A DNA stretch of 64,000 nucleotides, from NCBI GenBank assembly GCA_964403025.1, contig CAYOEH010000002.1, positions 341,921 to 405,920 of the forward strand, given 5' to 3'. Positions within the stretch are counted from its first letter, which is position 1. Every line of letters begins with the position of its first letter. Origin of the DNA: an uncultured Acidobacteriaceae bacterium. GTDB taxonomy: Bacteria > Acidobacteriota > Terriglobia > Terriglobales > Acidobacteriaceae. This document shows positions 1 through 9,471 of this stretch, one piece after another. Both the position numbers and the translations under genes were made by a program. The notes under the pieces were generated by a model. The model was not told the DNA's origin. It saw only the letters and a program-made list of their open reading frames with translations, and searched no databases.

Positions 1-141
1 ATAGCCAGACCCGGTGAAGCCGCTCATGCCAATCTGGTCGCCGGACTTGATGAGAGCGGCAGCTTCTTCGGCGCTCATGATCTTCTGCGCCAGAGCGGAA
101 TTCAAAACTCGTGTGGTGGTTGGAGAAACAACAGTAGCCAT
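1..141 (-). CDS. CoA-transferase (acetyl-CoA hydrolase/transferase family); N-terminal 47 codons, gene continues past the window start
   Basis: Not in the ORF track because there is no stop in the window. My reverse-complement translation from ATG 141-139 gives MATVVSPTTTRVLNSALAQKIMSAEEAAALIKSGDQIGMSGFTGSGY. The SAEEA..LIKSGD.IGMSGF segment resembles the usual N-terminus of Cat1/ScpC-type CoA-transferases. Confidence 0.45.
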   Translation of the reverse strand, partial: MATVVSPTTTRVLNSALAQKIMSAEEAAALIKSGDQIGMSGFTGSGY

Positions 142-341
142 GCGCTAAGCCCTTCGACGGAGAATGACTTAATTACCCTTTTACTGTACGGAGGCCGCTT
201 CCGCCCGTCTGTGAGCTACGTCACGTGGTGGGGAAATCCCAGGTTTTGCAGCACCGGTCCTGGAAGCCACGCATTGCCCGTTACGCCCTGCGCCGTACAA
301 CGCGTGCTAAACTTTCGCCTCGATCGATCTCAGGGGGCTTC

Positions 342-3182
342 ATGTTCCGACGGATGCTGGTGGGGATGGCTTCGCTCGCGTTGTTAATTGCGGCCGCAGC
401 TGCGCAAAGTCCTGATATTGCTGAACCGGGGTCGGTTGAGGCAATCGCCGCGGCTACGACCGATCCGCATTATGTCTCGCCGTGGGTGGCGTATGTTCCC
501 CAATCGAGTACGGTTCCGTCGCCGGAGAAATTTCTGGGGCGAATCATGGGCGCTCCGGGTGAATTGCTGGGAACGGAGAAGGCATACGCCTACGCTCGCG
601 CATTGGCTGCTGCCAGCCCCCGGGTTCACGTGTTCACCATTGGACATAGCGAAGAAGGTCGCGAAATTCTCATGCTCGCCATCGCGGACGAGAACGGCAT
701 CCGCGATCTCGATCGCCTGAAAGAAGCGACGGCAGCCTTGGCCGATCCTCGGCGCACGGATCCGGCGGCGGCGGACAAATTGATCGCGACTGCGCGTCCT
801 ATTTATTACTTCAACGCGGCACTGCATTCCGATGAGACCGGCTCGACCGAAGCGATGCTCGAACTGGCGTACCGGCTGGCGGTTTCAGAACAGCCGATGA
901 TCCAGCGCATTCGAGAGCGCATGATCGTGCTGATCAATCCGATTTCGAATCCCGATGGCCGCGACAAAATGGTGGACTGGTTCTATCGATACCTCAAAGG
1001 CAAGACGGACCGCAACACCTTGCCTCGCCAATCGCCACCATATTGGTCGAAGTACACCTTTGTCGACATCAATCGCGACACGCATCAGCAGACGCACGAG
1101 ACCACGAAAGCCGTGCACCGCATGTTTCATGAGTGGCATCCCACGGTGGTGCACGATCTGCATGAAGGCACGCCGCTGATGATGACGTGGAACGGCACCG
1201 GGCCTTACAACCCGAACATCGATCCCATTACTTATACGGAATTTCTGGAACTCAGCTTTCACGAAGTCGAGGCCATGACGGCGATGGGCATGCCGGGAGT
1301 TTCGACGTGGAACTTTGGCGAGGCGTTCGCGCACCTCTATCTCGATTCCGTGGCGATGAATCACAACAGCATCGGACGCGGCTACGAAACATTCGGCAAC
1401 GGCAGTGCTGAGACAGAGAAGCGCGTGGTTTCGGCGTCGTCGGCAGCAACGGAGTGGTACCGTCCTCTGCCCGCGGCGCGCGAGGTGACTTGGTCGGCCC
1501 GCGACAATCTCAACTACCAGGAGACCGGTGCGTTGGCGGCGCTGGATGACACTGCCGGCCAATCCAAGGAAATGCTGCACAACTTTTATAAGAAGGGATG
1601 GGATTCGTGGCAGAAGGGACTGACGCAGCCGCCTTATGCGTTTTTGATTCCGCAAGATCAGGGAGATCCGGAGCGGGTGGCGCAACTGGTGGGGCGGTTG
1701 ATGAGCCAGCACATCGAAGTGGCGCGGGCGCAGAATTCGATTCAGCTAAAGGATGGAAGCTTTCCTGCGGGAACTTACGTAGTTCGACTCGATCAGCCTT
1801 ACCGCAACTACGCAGTGGATTTGCTGACACCTCAACATTATCCGAAAGATGGAGAGGCGCCATACGATGATGTCTCGTGGGAACTTCCTGCGCACTATCA
1901 CCTGCAGACGATTCCAACGGCTGATGCGTCGATCCGCGAGGCTGCATTGACACGGCTGACCGATGTGCCGCATGTGGATGGGCATGTGAGTGGCGCGGGA
2001 ACGGTTTATGTGCTGAAGGATACGGGACAGGAATCTTTCTTCGCGGCCCGCTATCGTTTGGCGAATTTTGAAATTGAAATCGCCGAGCGTGAGTTCGAGG
2101 CGGGTGGCGCGAAGTTTCCCGCGGGATCATGGATATTTCCAGATCAGCGTGGTTTGCACGATGCAATTGCGTCGGTCGCGCAAGAACTGGGACTCGACTT
2201 CACTCAGGTTTCCACGCAACCCGAGGTGCCGCATCACGCGGCCAAGGCTCCGCGCATTGGGCTGTGGGTGCCGTGGGCCGACACCGATTCCATTGGCTGG
2301 ATTCGCTACTCGCTCGATCAGCGCAAGGTTCCATATACGTATTTGCGGGACGAAGATATTCGCGCGGGAAATTTGCGCTCGCGCATCGACGTGCTGCTCT
2401 ATGGACACGTGGATCTGGAACTGGCAGAGCAGATTGAAGGCCTGCCGAAGATGTGGTCACCGATGCCTTTCAAAAAGACGGCGCAGACGCCGAGCTTTGG
2501 AACGCCCGCAGAGTCGGATGACATCACGGGAGGGATCGGCTATGAGGGGCTGGGGCAGATTCAGCGCTTCATCGAAGATGGCGGGCTGATGGTAACGCTG
2601 GGCAGCGGCAGCATGCTGGCGCTGGAAGGCGGCCTGGTGCGCTTTGTGCGACGGTCCTCGGGCGGCGTGCCGCGAAGCACGGCGGGCGGCGGCGGGGCAT
2701 CGTCCGCTGCATCGCAGCACGCGGCGACAAGGACGCCGGGAGCGCATGTGCGGGTGACGTTCGACCGCGCGGATCATCCCATTGCCTATGGATATCCGGC
2801 GCACACTTATGTCTTCCGGCAGAATTTTCCTCTCTACGACACTCCGCGGCGGTGGATGCGTATGGCCTACTGCACCACGTGTTTAGATGGTCCCGAGGAT
2901 CGCAGCGGCGTGGTAATGGAGTGGGGCGACAGCGACGGGCAGCCGTTCGTGGTGAGCGGGCAGGCGTGGGGAGAAGAGAATCTGATTGGGCGGCCGGCGA
3001 TTTTGGACATGCCGGTTGGGAAGGGACATGTCGTGTCGTACAACTTCAACCCCATGCACCGCGATTTGAACCGCGGAGATCAACGGCTGTTGTGGAACGC
3101 GATTCTGAATTGGCAGGCGATTGTTGCGGGGCAGACAAAGGCTCAGGAGAACGCGGCGCCCGTGCCTGAGCCGGATGAATAG
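342..3182 (+). CDS. secreted M14-family zinc carboxypeptidase-like protein (large, with long C-terminal extension)
   Basis: ORF 225-3182. I prefer ATG 342 because MFRRMLVGMASLALLIAAAAAQ is a signal peptide. HSEEGREILMLAI, NPISNPDGRD and VVHDLHEG match the M14 zinc-ligand and NPDG motifs. Confidence 0.8.
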   Translation: MFRRMLVGMASLALLIAAAAAQSPDIAEPGSVEAIAAATTDPHYVSPWVAYVPQSSTVPSPEKFLGRIMGAPGELLGTEKAYAYARALAAASPRVHVFTIGHSEEGREILMLAIADENGIRDLDRLKEATAALADPRRTDPAAADKLIATARPIYYFNAALHSDETGSTEAMLELAYRLAVSEQPMIQRIRERMIVLINPISNPDGRDKMVDWFYRYLKGKTDRNTLPRQSPPYWSKYTFVDINRDTHQQTHETTKAVHRMFHEWHPTVVHDLHEGTPLMMTWNGTGPYNPNIDPITYTEFLELSFHEVEAMTAMGMPGVSTWNFGEAFAHLYLDSVAMNHNSIGRGYETFGNGSAETEKRVVSASSAATEWYRPLPAAREVTWSARDNLNYQETGALAALDDTAGQSKEMLHNFYKKGWDSWQKGLTQPPYAFLIPQDQGDPERVAQLVGRLMSQHIEVARAQNSIQLKDGSFPAGTYVVRLDQPYRNYAVDLLTPQHYPKDGEAPYDDVSWELPAHYHLQTIPTADASIREAALTRLTDVPHVDGHVSGAGTVYVLKDTGQESFFAARYRLANFEIEIAEREFEAGGAKFPAGSWIFPDQRGLHDAIASVAQELGLDFTQVSTQPEVPHHAAKAPRIGLWVPWADTDSIGWIRYSLDQRKVPYTYLRDEDIRAGNLRSRIDVLLYGHVDLELAEQIEGLPKMWSPMPFKKTAQTPSFGTPAESDDITGGIGYEGLGQIQRFIEDGGLMVTLGSGSMLALEGGLVRFVRRSSGGVPRSTAGGGGASSAASQHAATRTPGAHVRVTFDRADHPIAYGYPAHTYVFRQNFPLYDTPRRWMRMAYCTTCLDGPEDRSGVVMEWGDSDGQPFVVSGQAWGEENLIGRPAILDMPVGKGHVVSYNFNPMHRDLNRGDQRLLWNAILNWQAIVAGQTKAQENAAPVPEPDE

Positions 3183-3220
3183 AAGTATCCGGCTGAGGGC
3201 ATGGCTAGGCAATCAGAGTC

Positions 3221-3253
3221 AAAAGTCAAAAGCAGCGGACAAGAGTGTCCGCT
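3221..3253 (-). terminator. probable intrinsic terminator after hpf
   Basis: Stem agcggaca (3234-3241) / tgtccgct (3246-3253). On the minus strand it is followed by the T-rich tract gcttttgacttttg. It lies 13 nt after the hpf stop. Confidence 0.5.
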
Positions 3254-3265
3254 CCACACGAGCCG

Positions 3266-3883
3266 TTATGGGGCTTCGATGAGCTCCATTTTGCCGTCTC
3301 GCGTGCGGTGCAGGATCATGACTTTGCCTTTGGGATCGCGGAAGACGAAGACGTCGCGGTCGCGAAAGTGGGCTTCTTTGATGGCTTCTTCCAGGGTCAT
3401 GGGGCGCATGGAGACGGCTTCGTCGGAGCGCACCAGGTGAACTTCGGTGGTTCTGGCCACGGGAGGATAGCGGTGCACCGCGACCGGGACGGCGGTCTTT
3501 TCAGTCAGGCCGACTTTGGTCTGGGCCTCGACCCCATCCGCGGGCGTCGAATGGCCGTTCCACTTCTTCACTTCTTCGCTCTTGCGGGCAGAGCGCTTCT
3601 TCGACTGCCACTTGGTTTTATATTTCACGGCCTGCTTTTCCAGGTGGTCGAGGGCTCCACTGACCGCGATCATCATGTCCTTGGCCTGAGCCAAACCGAC
3701 CAGCGGGCCATTGCGCGGGTTGATGGTGATTTCGGCTTTATGACGGTGTTTTTCAACGGCTAGGATGGCTTTGGCTTCGAAGCGGTCGCCTAAGATTTTA
3801 CGGATTTTTCCGAGGCCGGTTTCAACTTCTGTGCGGATGGCGGGAGTTACTTCGTAGTGTCTTCCGGTGTATTCCACGTTCAT
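3266..3883 (-). CDS. hpf: ribosome hibernation promoting factor, long form
   Basis: MNVEYTGRHYEVTPAIR... is a typical S30AE/HPF N-domain, followed by a C-terminal dimerisation extension. It sits directly downstream of rpoN, which is conserved synteny. AAGGAGG lies before the ATG. Confidence 0.9.
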   Translation of the reverse strand: MNVEYTGRHYEVTPAIRTEVETGLGKIRKILGDRFEAKAILAVEKHRHKAEITINPRNGPLVGLAQAKDMMIAVSGALDHLEKQAVKYKTKWQSKKRSARKSEEVKKWNGHSTPADGVEAQTKVGLTEKTAVPVAVHRYPPVARTTEVHLVRSDEAVSMRPMTLEEAIKEAHFRDRDVFVFRDPKGKVMILHRTRDGKMELIEAP

Positions 3884-3942
3884 GAGCGCCCCTCCTTAGA
3901 TTCTTAATCGAGGAAAATCGGCACTGCATTCAAGTAAAAGCT

Positions 3943-4044
3943 CAGAAGTCAGAATGCAGAAGTTATGTTGGATACTGGCATCTGACATTTAGCCACTTCA
4001 GGTTCTTGTTACTTCTGCATTTCGACTTCACACTTCTGCATTCT
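3943..4044. repeat. AT-rich word-repeat inverted repeat between rpoN and hpf
   Basis: cagaagtcagaatgcagaagt (3943-3963) faces acttctgcatttcgacttc-acacttctgcattct (4011-4044). The word AATGCAGAAGT occurs three times, once forward and twice reversed, giving an imperfect stem of about 19 bp. Confidence 0.7.
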
Positions 4045-4047
4045 CCA

Positions 4048-5937
4048 TCATCTCCCTTCCCGCACCCGGCGCTGGTGTGTGCTCGGGATGCGCATGTCTT
4101 CACGGTATTTAGCCACGGTGCGGCGAGTGACCTGGATGCCCTGCGACTGCAAAATTCGGGTGAGCTGTTCGTCGGTCAGCGGACGCGCCGGATCTTCTTC
4201 GTCGATTAATTTTTTGACGCGGCGCTTCAGGATGAGCAACGAAGTATTGCCGCCCTCGGGGCCCTGCACACTTTCGCTGAAGAAGTAGCGCAACTCGAAG
4301 ACGCCCTGCGGCGTGTGCGCGTACTTACTGGCCACGGCGCGGCTCACGGTGGAAGGATGCACGCCGATTTCTTCGGCGACCTCCTTGATCATCATGGGCT
4401 TCAGTTGGTCGATACCTTTTTCCAGAAAATCCTGCTGGCGGGCAACGATGCAATAGCAGACTTTGGTGATGGTCTGCTTGCGCTGCTCGATATTCTTGAT
4501 GAGCTGGATGGCGCTCTTGTAGCGCTCCTTCACGTAGTCGCGAGTGTTCTTGTCGTTGGTGTCGCGGGTCACCAGTTTTTTGTAGGCGGGATTGAGGCGA
4601 AGCTGCGGCAGGTCATCGTCGTTCATGAGGACCAGCCACTCGTCGCCGTGCTTGACGAAGGCTACGTCGGGCTCGATGAGACGCGCCGTGATCTTGTTGT
4701 ATTGCAGGCCAGGACGCGGATCGAGCGTGCGGATGTAGTCGAGGGCCTGCTGGACAGCCTCGGCGGGGCGTCCGATGGCTTTGCCGATTTCCTTGTGCTG
4801 CTTGTTCTGCACCAGGCGCAGATGCTGGTCGACGATGGCGATGGCGTCCTGCAAAACCTGCGCGGTCCCGTTGCCGTTTTTCTCTCCGTTCTTATGGTGC
4901 GTGAGCTGTTGCTGGTGGTAGCGCAACTGGCGGAGCAGGCATTCGCGAAGATCGCGGCAGCCTACGCCGGGAGGATCAAGTTGGCGAACCACTTCCAGAG
5001 CCTCGTGAAGATCGTCCACCGTGAAGTTCGCGGTCTGGACCGGCCGCGGCGCGGGTTGAGGAGCAGGCGCGGGCTCGGGTGCGGACGCGACCGCGGCAGC
5101 TCCGTTTCCGTTCGAAGAGTTGAACGAACTTTCCGGCGGAGCGGTGGGGCGAAGTTCAAAAGCCGCAGAGGAAAAGTTTTCGCCGCGGGTATTGGCGCTG
5201 GAAAAATCCGACGGGCTCAAGTCCGAAAGCATGGACTCGTTTTGATCGATAACACCAAACGCAGCGCCGCTATTTTCTTCCGCCAAGGTTGCTTCGGCGG
5301 AGGTGGTTTCGTCCGCGGCAGCTTCATCCAAGCCCAGAGCCTGCGCCTCAATGACAATGTTTCTGGCTGCTTCGGCGTCGGCTTCGGGCGAAGCAGGCGG
5401 GGCCACGCCCAGCATTTCCTCGTCGCTCGCGATCAGGTAGCCGTCTTCGTTGAGGTTGCCGATGATCTGCTCAGCGGCCTCGCGAACCTCGGGCCGCAGG
5501 CTCAAGGCTCCGATTTGCCAGGCCAGGTGGTCGGTCAGAGTCGTGGGCTTGGAGAGGAAATTCTCGAACGACGGGCGTTCGATCTCTTCCATCTCGCCGC
5601 GGGTGCGGTAGCCGGGATCGAGATAATCCTGAAAGAAGGATCCGAAGTCGATCTCTTCGAACGGATCTTTCTTTTCGACCGCGGTGATGGGATTTTCTTC
5701 GGTGGAAGTCTTAGTGGTGGCGCGGTCGAGGTCTTCTTCCTTACGGCCGACCTCATCAATCAACGGAACTGAATCTTCGAGCTCTTCGAGAACCGGATTC
5801 TCCACCATCTCGGAGTTGATCATGTCCTTGAGCTCAAGCTTGTTGAGCGCGAGGACGGAAACCATCTGCACCAGGCCCGGGGTGAGGATCTGGCGCTGGG
5901 ATAGTTTGACGCTTAATTTGTGCTGAAGTAAGACCAT
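4048..5937 (-). CDS. rpoN: RNA polymerase sigma-54 factor
   Basis: The N-terminus LSQRQILTPGLVQMV is region I. LDPPGVGCRDLRECLLRQL and the C-terminal RpoN box ARRTVAKYR are present. At 629 aa it carries an unusually long acidic/low-complexity insert. Confidence 0.95.
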   Translation of the reverse strand: MVLLQHKLSVKLSQRQILTPGLVQMVSVLALNKLELKDMINSEMVENPVLEELEDSVPLIDEVGRKEEDLDRATTKTSTEENPITAVEKKDPFEEIDFGSFFQDYLDPGYRTRGEMEEIERPSFENFLSKPTTLTDHLAWQIGALSLRPEVREAAEQIIGNLNEDGYLIASDEEMLGVAPPASPEADAEAARNIVIEAQALGLDEAAADETTSAEATLAEENSGAAFGVIDQNESMLSDLSPSDFSSANTRGENFSSAAFELRPTAPPESSFNSSNGNGAAAVASAPEPAPAPQPAPRPVQTANFTVDDLHEALEVVRQLDPPGVGCRDLRECLLRQLRYHQQQLTHHKNGEKNGNGTAQVLQDAIAIVDQHLRLVQNKQHKEIGKAIGRPAEAVQQALDYIRTLDPRPGLQYNKITARLIEPDVAFVKHGDEWLVLMNDDDLPQLRLNPAYKKLVTRDTNDKNTRDYVKERYKSAIQLIKNIEQRKQTITKVCYCIVARQQDFLEKGIDQLKPMMIKEVAEEIGVHPSTVSRAVASKYAHTPQGVFELRYFFSESVQGPEGGNTSLLILKRRVKKLIDEEDPARPLTDEQLTRILQSQGIQVTRRTVAKYREDMRIPSTHQRRVREGR

Positions 5938-5941
5938 GTTT

Positions 5942-6014
5942 CAAAACTTCAAGGTTTCAAGGTTTCCAAGATCCAAGGTTTTGGAGATTTTGCATTGAAA
6001 CCTTGAAACTTTGC
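5942..6014. repeat. AT-rich word-repeat inverted repeat between lptB and rpoN
   Basis: ttcaaggtttcaa (5948-5960, inside the tandem TTCAAGGTT units) is the exact complement of ttgaaaccttgaa (5996-6008). The element ends about 10 nt before the rpoN start codon. Confidence 0.7.
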
Positions 6015-6026
6015 CACGTTGAAACG

Positions 6027-6755
6027 TCACACCAAGGAGAAACTTTCTCCCAAGTACACCCTTCTCACTTCCGGATCGCTGGCCAACTGTTCGGGCTGGC
6101 CGTGACGGAAGATTCTGCCGTCGTCGATGATGTAGGCGCGATCCGTCACCGTAAGCGTCTCGCGTACGTTGTGGTCAGTGATGAGTACTCCGATGCCGCT
6201 GGCCCGCAGACCGCTAATGATTTTTTGCAGGTCGAGAACGGCGATGGGATCGATCCCGGAAAAAGGTTCGTCGAGCAAAATGAAGGTTGGATTGATGCAC
6301 AAGCAGCGGGCGATTTCCACGCGGCGACGCTCGCCGCCGGAGAGGGCGTAGCCCCGATTATGCCGTATGTGCTCCAAGCCAAGTTCATCGATAAATTTCT
6401 CCATCTTCTCGCGGCGCTCGTGCCAGGACATAGGCTGCGCCTCCAGCACCGCGAGGATGTTCTCCTCAACCGTGAGTTTGCGAAACACCGAAGCTTCTTG
6501 TGGGAGATAGCTGATGCCGTACTGGCGCGCCCGCAAGTACATGGGAACGTCAGTGATGTCCTGACCGTCGTACAACACCCGGCCAGTATCAGGGGGGATC
6601 AGGCCAACGATGGCGTAAAAAGTTGTAGTCTTCCCTGCGCCGTTAGGGCCTAATAAACCAACAACTTCACCCTGCTCGACACGCAGGCTGACACCATTTA
6701 CAACGCGCCGGCCGCGGTACGATTTGCCAATTTCATCCGTGGCTAGGGTACGCAT
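6027..6755 (-). CDS. lptB: LPS export ABC transporter ATP-binding protein
   Basis: Walker [10 protein letters not shown], signature LSGGERRR, Walker B ILLDEP. About 240 aa, positioned between an LptC/A-like gene and rpoN. Confidence 0.9.
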   Translation of the reverse strand: MRTLATDEIGKSYRGRRVVNGVSLRVEQGEVVGLLGPNGAGKTTTFYAIVGLIPPDTGRVLYDGQDITDVPMYLRARQYGISYLPQEASVFRKLTVEENILAVLEAQPMSWHERREKMEKFIDELGLEHIRHNRGYALSGGERRRVEIARCLCINPTFILLDEPFSGIDPIAVLDLQKIISGLRASGIGVLITDHNVRETLTVTDRAYIIDDGRIFRHGQPEQLASDPEVRRVYLGESFSLV

Positions 6756-6767
6756 TTAGCTTGCCAT

Positions 6768-9188
6768 TCACTTGGCCACTCGCGTTTGAGTTACCACAGG
6801 AGTACTTGCTTCGCCTTCTACGAGCACCCTATCATCGGCCCTAAAGAAAGTCAACGAAACCCCGGTAATCTTGCCACGTTCGGCATCAAAAATGCTAGGC
6901 AGTCCGCCCGTAAGGACAAACTTATCATCTGAGGACGTATAAACCAAGTTCTGGCCGTCGGCGTGGCGACCAGGCTGTTGAATCATGACGTGGCCTTGAG
7001 CGACCATCCGATCCAGCCGGCCTGGGCCAGTAACTGATTGAGAGTTCGAGCTTTGGCTTCTAGCCATGAGATAGACATCCATCTCGTCGGCCGTAGCTTG
7101 AAAATCAGTGCCACGGGCGGTGACGCCGCCATCGTAGTGAGCTCGGCGGTCGGTATCGGCGTACGTGAGCCGGGCTGAAGTGATGGTGATGGGGCTGGCT
7201 TCGTCAAGATTTTCTGTAGATTTCGAATTCGCTTTGTGCTTGTCTTTGACTGGGGTCCACTTGGGCGTGGATTCGGCCGACTTTTGATCCGGCTGAGCCA
7301 GTTTCTCCTGAACAAGGACGGTAGAGACCGGATGGGCAGCCGTTCCTTGAGCGACCAGGGAGCGGTGGTCGCGGTCAAACTGGATGGAGGGAGCTTCAAT
7401 CAGGTTGGCGTCTTGCCAGAGGCGGGCGTTGCCCTCATACAGGGCAATCGACGGAGAGTTGTGCGCCGTCATAGTAGCTGCGGTCACGTGGATCGGCGAA
7501 GAAGACGCGAGCAGGGCGCCGTTCGGTTGCTCCTTGAGATCGTTGTAGGTGCTTTTAACATTTCCCTGGGCGATGGCGTCATCGGTGGCGCGATTGATGC
7601 GAATGGTATTGGCGGTCGTCATCATGCCGCCATCGGATACGCGGGGACTGCCGGTGAGCAGCAGAATTCGGTCCGCGGGAGTGTAGAGGGCTCTGTCGGC
7701 CCAGGCTTGCGTGCGTTTTTCCGGCGGCTGCCCGTCCGTATAGGCCACGCTTCCCTGCTGAACAATGGATGCAATCCCGCCCTCGGGAAGAAAGGCGGCG
7801 TCGAGCGTCTGGCTAGTGCTGACGCGGTCAGGTAGGCCCGGCGCGAGGTTGACGATCTTGGCATCGGGCGCTCCGTGCATCGAAGTCAATTTGCTCTTGC
7901 CATCGGGAGTGGCGGCAAACTTTGCTTCGAAACGGCCAGCGGTGATCACGGTGCGCTGAACTTGCCCGCTGGCAGCGCTGGCGGATTGCGCAGGCGAAAT
8001 CGTGATCTCAGCGGCGCCCGAAGTTTGGGCGCGGTCAAGGCGGCGTCCATCGGCAACGAAGAAGTCGATGACCGGCGCCGTTAGATCGAAGTCCTGCGGC
8101 GCGGAGGCATCTGCCGTGGTGGCATTGGTGCCGGGGGAATGCTGCGCCAGATGAACCCCCTCGGCGGCGTGAACTTTCTGAAGATCATTCTGGCCATGGA
8201 ACAGTTGGCCGCGGAAATCGAGGATCACGAGTCCGGCGTCGCCTTGCATAGGTTGAGATCCGGCGCGCTCGAGGTGAACATTGCCGGTCAGCGTGGCCCT
8301 GCGTAGCAGGTTGTCCTTTCCCGTGAGTTGAAGTTCGGCCCGATCGGCACGGGCGCGCATGGGATCAGCGTCTGGCACTGCCGACTCCGCATTCACGTTG
8401 CCGGTCGCTAAGACGCGCTGTACCTCATTCTCCGGGCCAAGAAAAAATGTGGCTGCATCCGACTGCACCGTTCCGGTATCACGCTTCATCAGCGGATGGT
8501 CGAGCACGATTTCCCGTGGCTCGCGGGTGATGGTGCCATGGGTGGCAAGAATAGTGGCGGCATTCTCTCCGCTAATGCTCACATGAATCTGCGAGGCCAG
8601 AGTCAGCGTCGCAATTTTGGCGGCATAGCGAACGCCCACGGCCCAGCCGGTGGCTTGCGGAGTGCTGAAATCGACGCGCGAATCGGTGGAGGCGTTCCCG
8701 GTGTCGCGGTTGAAAACCAGGTCGCTGGTCTTGAGATGAATGGGATTCCTGAGTTCCTTCGGAGCAGCCTGGTCGGGCGCGCTCACGCCGCCGGGGTTAG
8801 CCTGCAGATCAATCTGCACTTCGCCATGGGCAGTAACGTTGCCGGATTTCGGATCGAAGGTGAAATTATCACCGTAGATCTGGTCGAAGCGCGACGTGTC
8901 GCGGCCGTAGAGAATGATGGTGACATCCCGCAGATCGGCGCGGCCGTTGAGCTTGAATTCCTTCACGCTTTTAGCGCGGATAGTAAAGACCGTGCGTCCG
9001 GCTTCGGATTTCGAAAACTGAAAACCGCTGGCCGTTTGCTTGATGTCGTAGGAGATCTTCCCGGGAAATCCTTTGAGGATGCTGTGCTGGCGCAAGCGGG
9101 CATAGAAATACATGCCAGCAACCACCGCGATAAACAGCACGGTGCTGACAGCCAGCCAGCGTCGTAGGCGGTAGACCCGGAGCGGCAT
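6768..9188 (-). CDS. membrane-anchored multi-domain LptC/LptA (OstA-like) periplasmic protein
   Basis: N-terminal TM segment WLAVSTVLFIAVVAGMYFY, then 806 aa of beta-rich sequence with recurring LptC/OstA-like segments (e.g. ...FTIRAKSVKEF...LRDVTIILYG..., ...ATLTGNVHLER..., ...AQGHVMIQQPG...). It lies immediately upstream of lptB. Confidence 0.6.
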   Translation of the reverse strand: MPLRVYRLRRWLAVSTVLFIAVVAGMYFYARLRQHSILKGFPGKISYDIKQTASGFQFSKSEAGRTVFTIRAKSVKEFKLNGRADLRDVTIILYGRDTSRFDQIYGDNFTFDPKSGNVTAHGEVQIDLQANPGGVSAPDQAAPKELRNPIHLKTSDLVFNRDTGNASTDSRVDFSTPQATGWAVGVRYAAKIATLTLASQIHVSISGENAATILATHGTITREPREIVLDHPLMKRDTGTVQSDAATFFLGPENEVQRVLATGNVNAESAVPDADPMRARADRAELQLTGKDNLLRRATLTGNVHLERAGSQPMQGDAGLVILDFRGQLFHGQNDLQKVHAAEGVHLAQHSPGTNATTADASAPQDFDLTAPVIDFFVADGRRLDRAQTSGAAEITISPAQSASAASGQVQRTVITAGRFEAKFAATPDGKSKLTSMHGAPDAKIVNLAPGLPDRVSTSQTLDAAFLPEGGIASIVQQGSVAYTDGQPPEKRTQAWADRALYTPADRILLLTGSPRVSDGGMMTTANTIRINRATDDAIAQGNVKSTYNDLKEQPNGALLASSSPIHVTAATMTAHNSPSIALYEGNARLWQDANLIEAPSIQFDRDHRSLVAQGTAAHPVSTVLVQEKLAQPDQKSAESTPKWTPVKDKHKANSKSTENLDEASPITITSARLTYADTDRRAHYDGGVTARGTDFQATADEMDVYLMARSQSSNSQSVTGPGRLDRMVAQGHVMIQQPGRHADGQNLVYTSSDDKFVLTGGLPSIFDAERGKITGVSLTFFRADDRVLVEGEASTPVVTQTRVAK

Positions 9189-9230
9189 CGCAAGTCCAGT
9201 CTAATGCAAGCGACTGGGATCAAAACGGAT

Positions 9231-9299
9231 GCCCCGTCCTTGTCCCGCGTTCTTTGCGGGACAGAGCCTGCCCTGAGCGGAGTCGAAGGGGCGGGGACT
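9231..9299. repeat. REP-like element (hairpin plus GCCCTGAGCG..GAAGGGG module)
   Basis: Hairpin tgtcccgc-gttcttt-gcgggaca (9241-9263), followed by cctgccctgagcggagtcgaaggggcgggga. This matches the 3' modules at 23979-24008 and 61868-61896. Confidence 0.65.
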
Positions 9300-9403
9300 T
9301 TGACCTCCCAGCCACAGTTCCCGTCTCGGTAAAGATCGAGTGGACAGCACGAGAACGAAATCAACTTGGGTTCACTGTGCAGGTGGTGAGGCAAGATCAA
9401 GAT

Positions 9404-9445
9404 CCCCACCCTGTCTCTGCAAAAGACGCAGAGACAAGGGAGGGG
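9404..9445. repeat. REP-like CCCCACCCT hairpin
   Basis: ccccaccctgtctctgc-aaaagac-gcagagacaagggagggg. It has the same outer arms as the hairpin at 55579-55612. Confidence 0.65.
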
Positions 9446-9471
9446 CACCCGTGATCTACACTTGTGTGACG

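Noticed and set aside
4315-5772. 485-aa plus-strand ORF opposite rpoN
   Set aside because: It lies antisense to a gene with unmistakable sigma-54 motifs. Its translation is Arg/Gly/Leu-rich with no motifs, the typical shadow ORF of a GC-rich coding strand.
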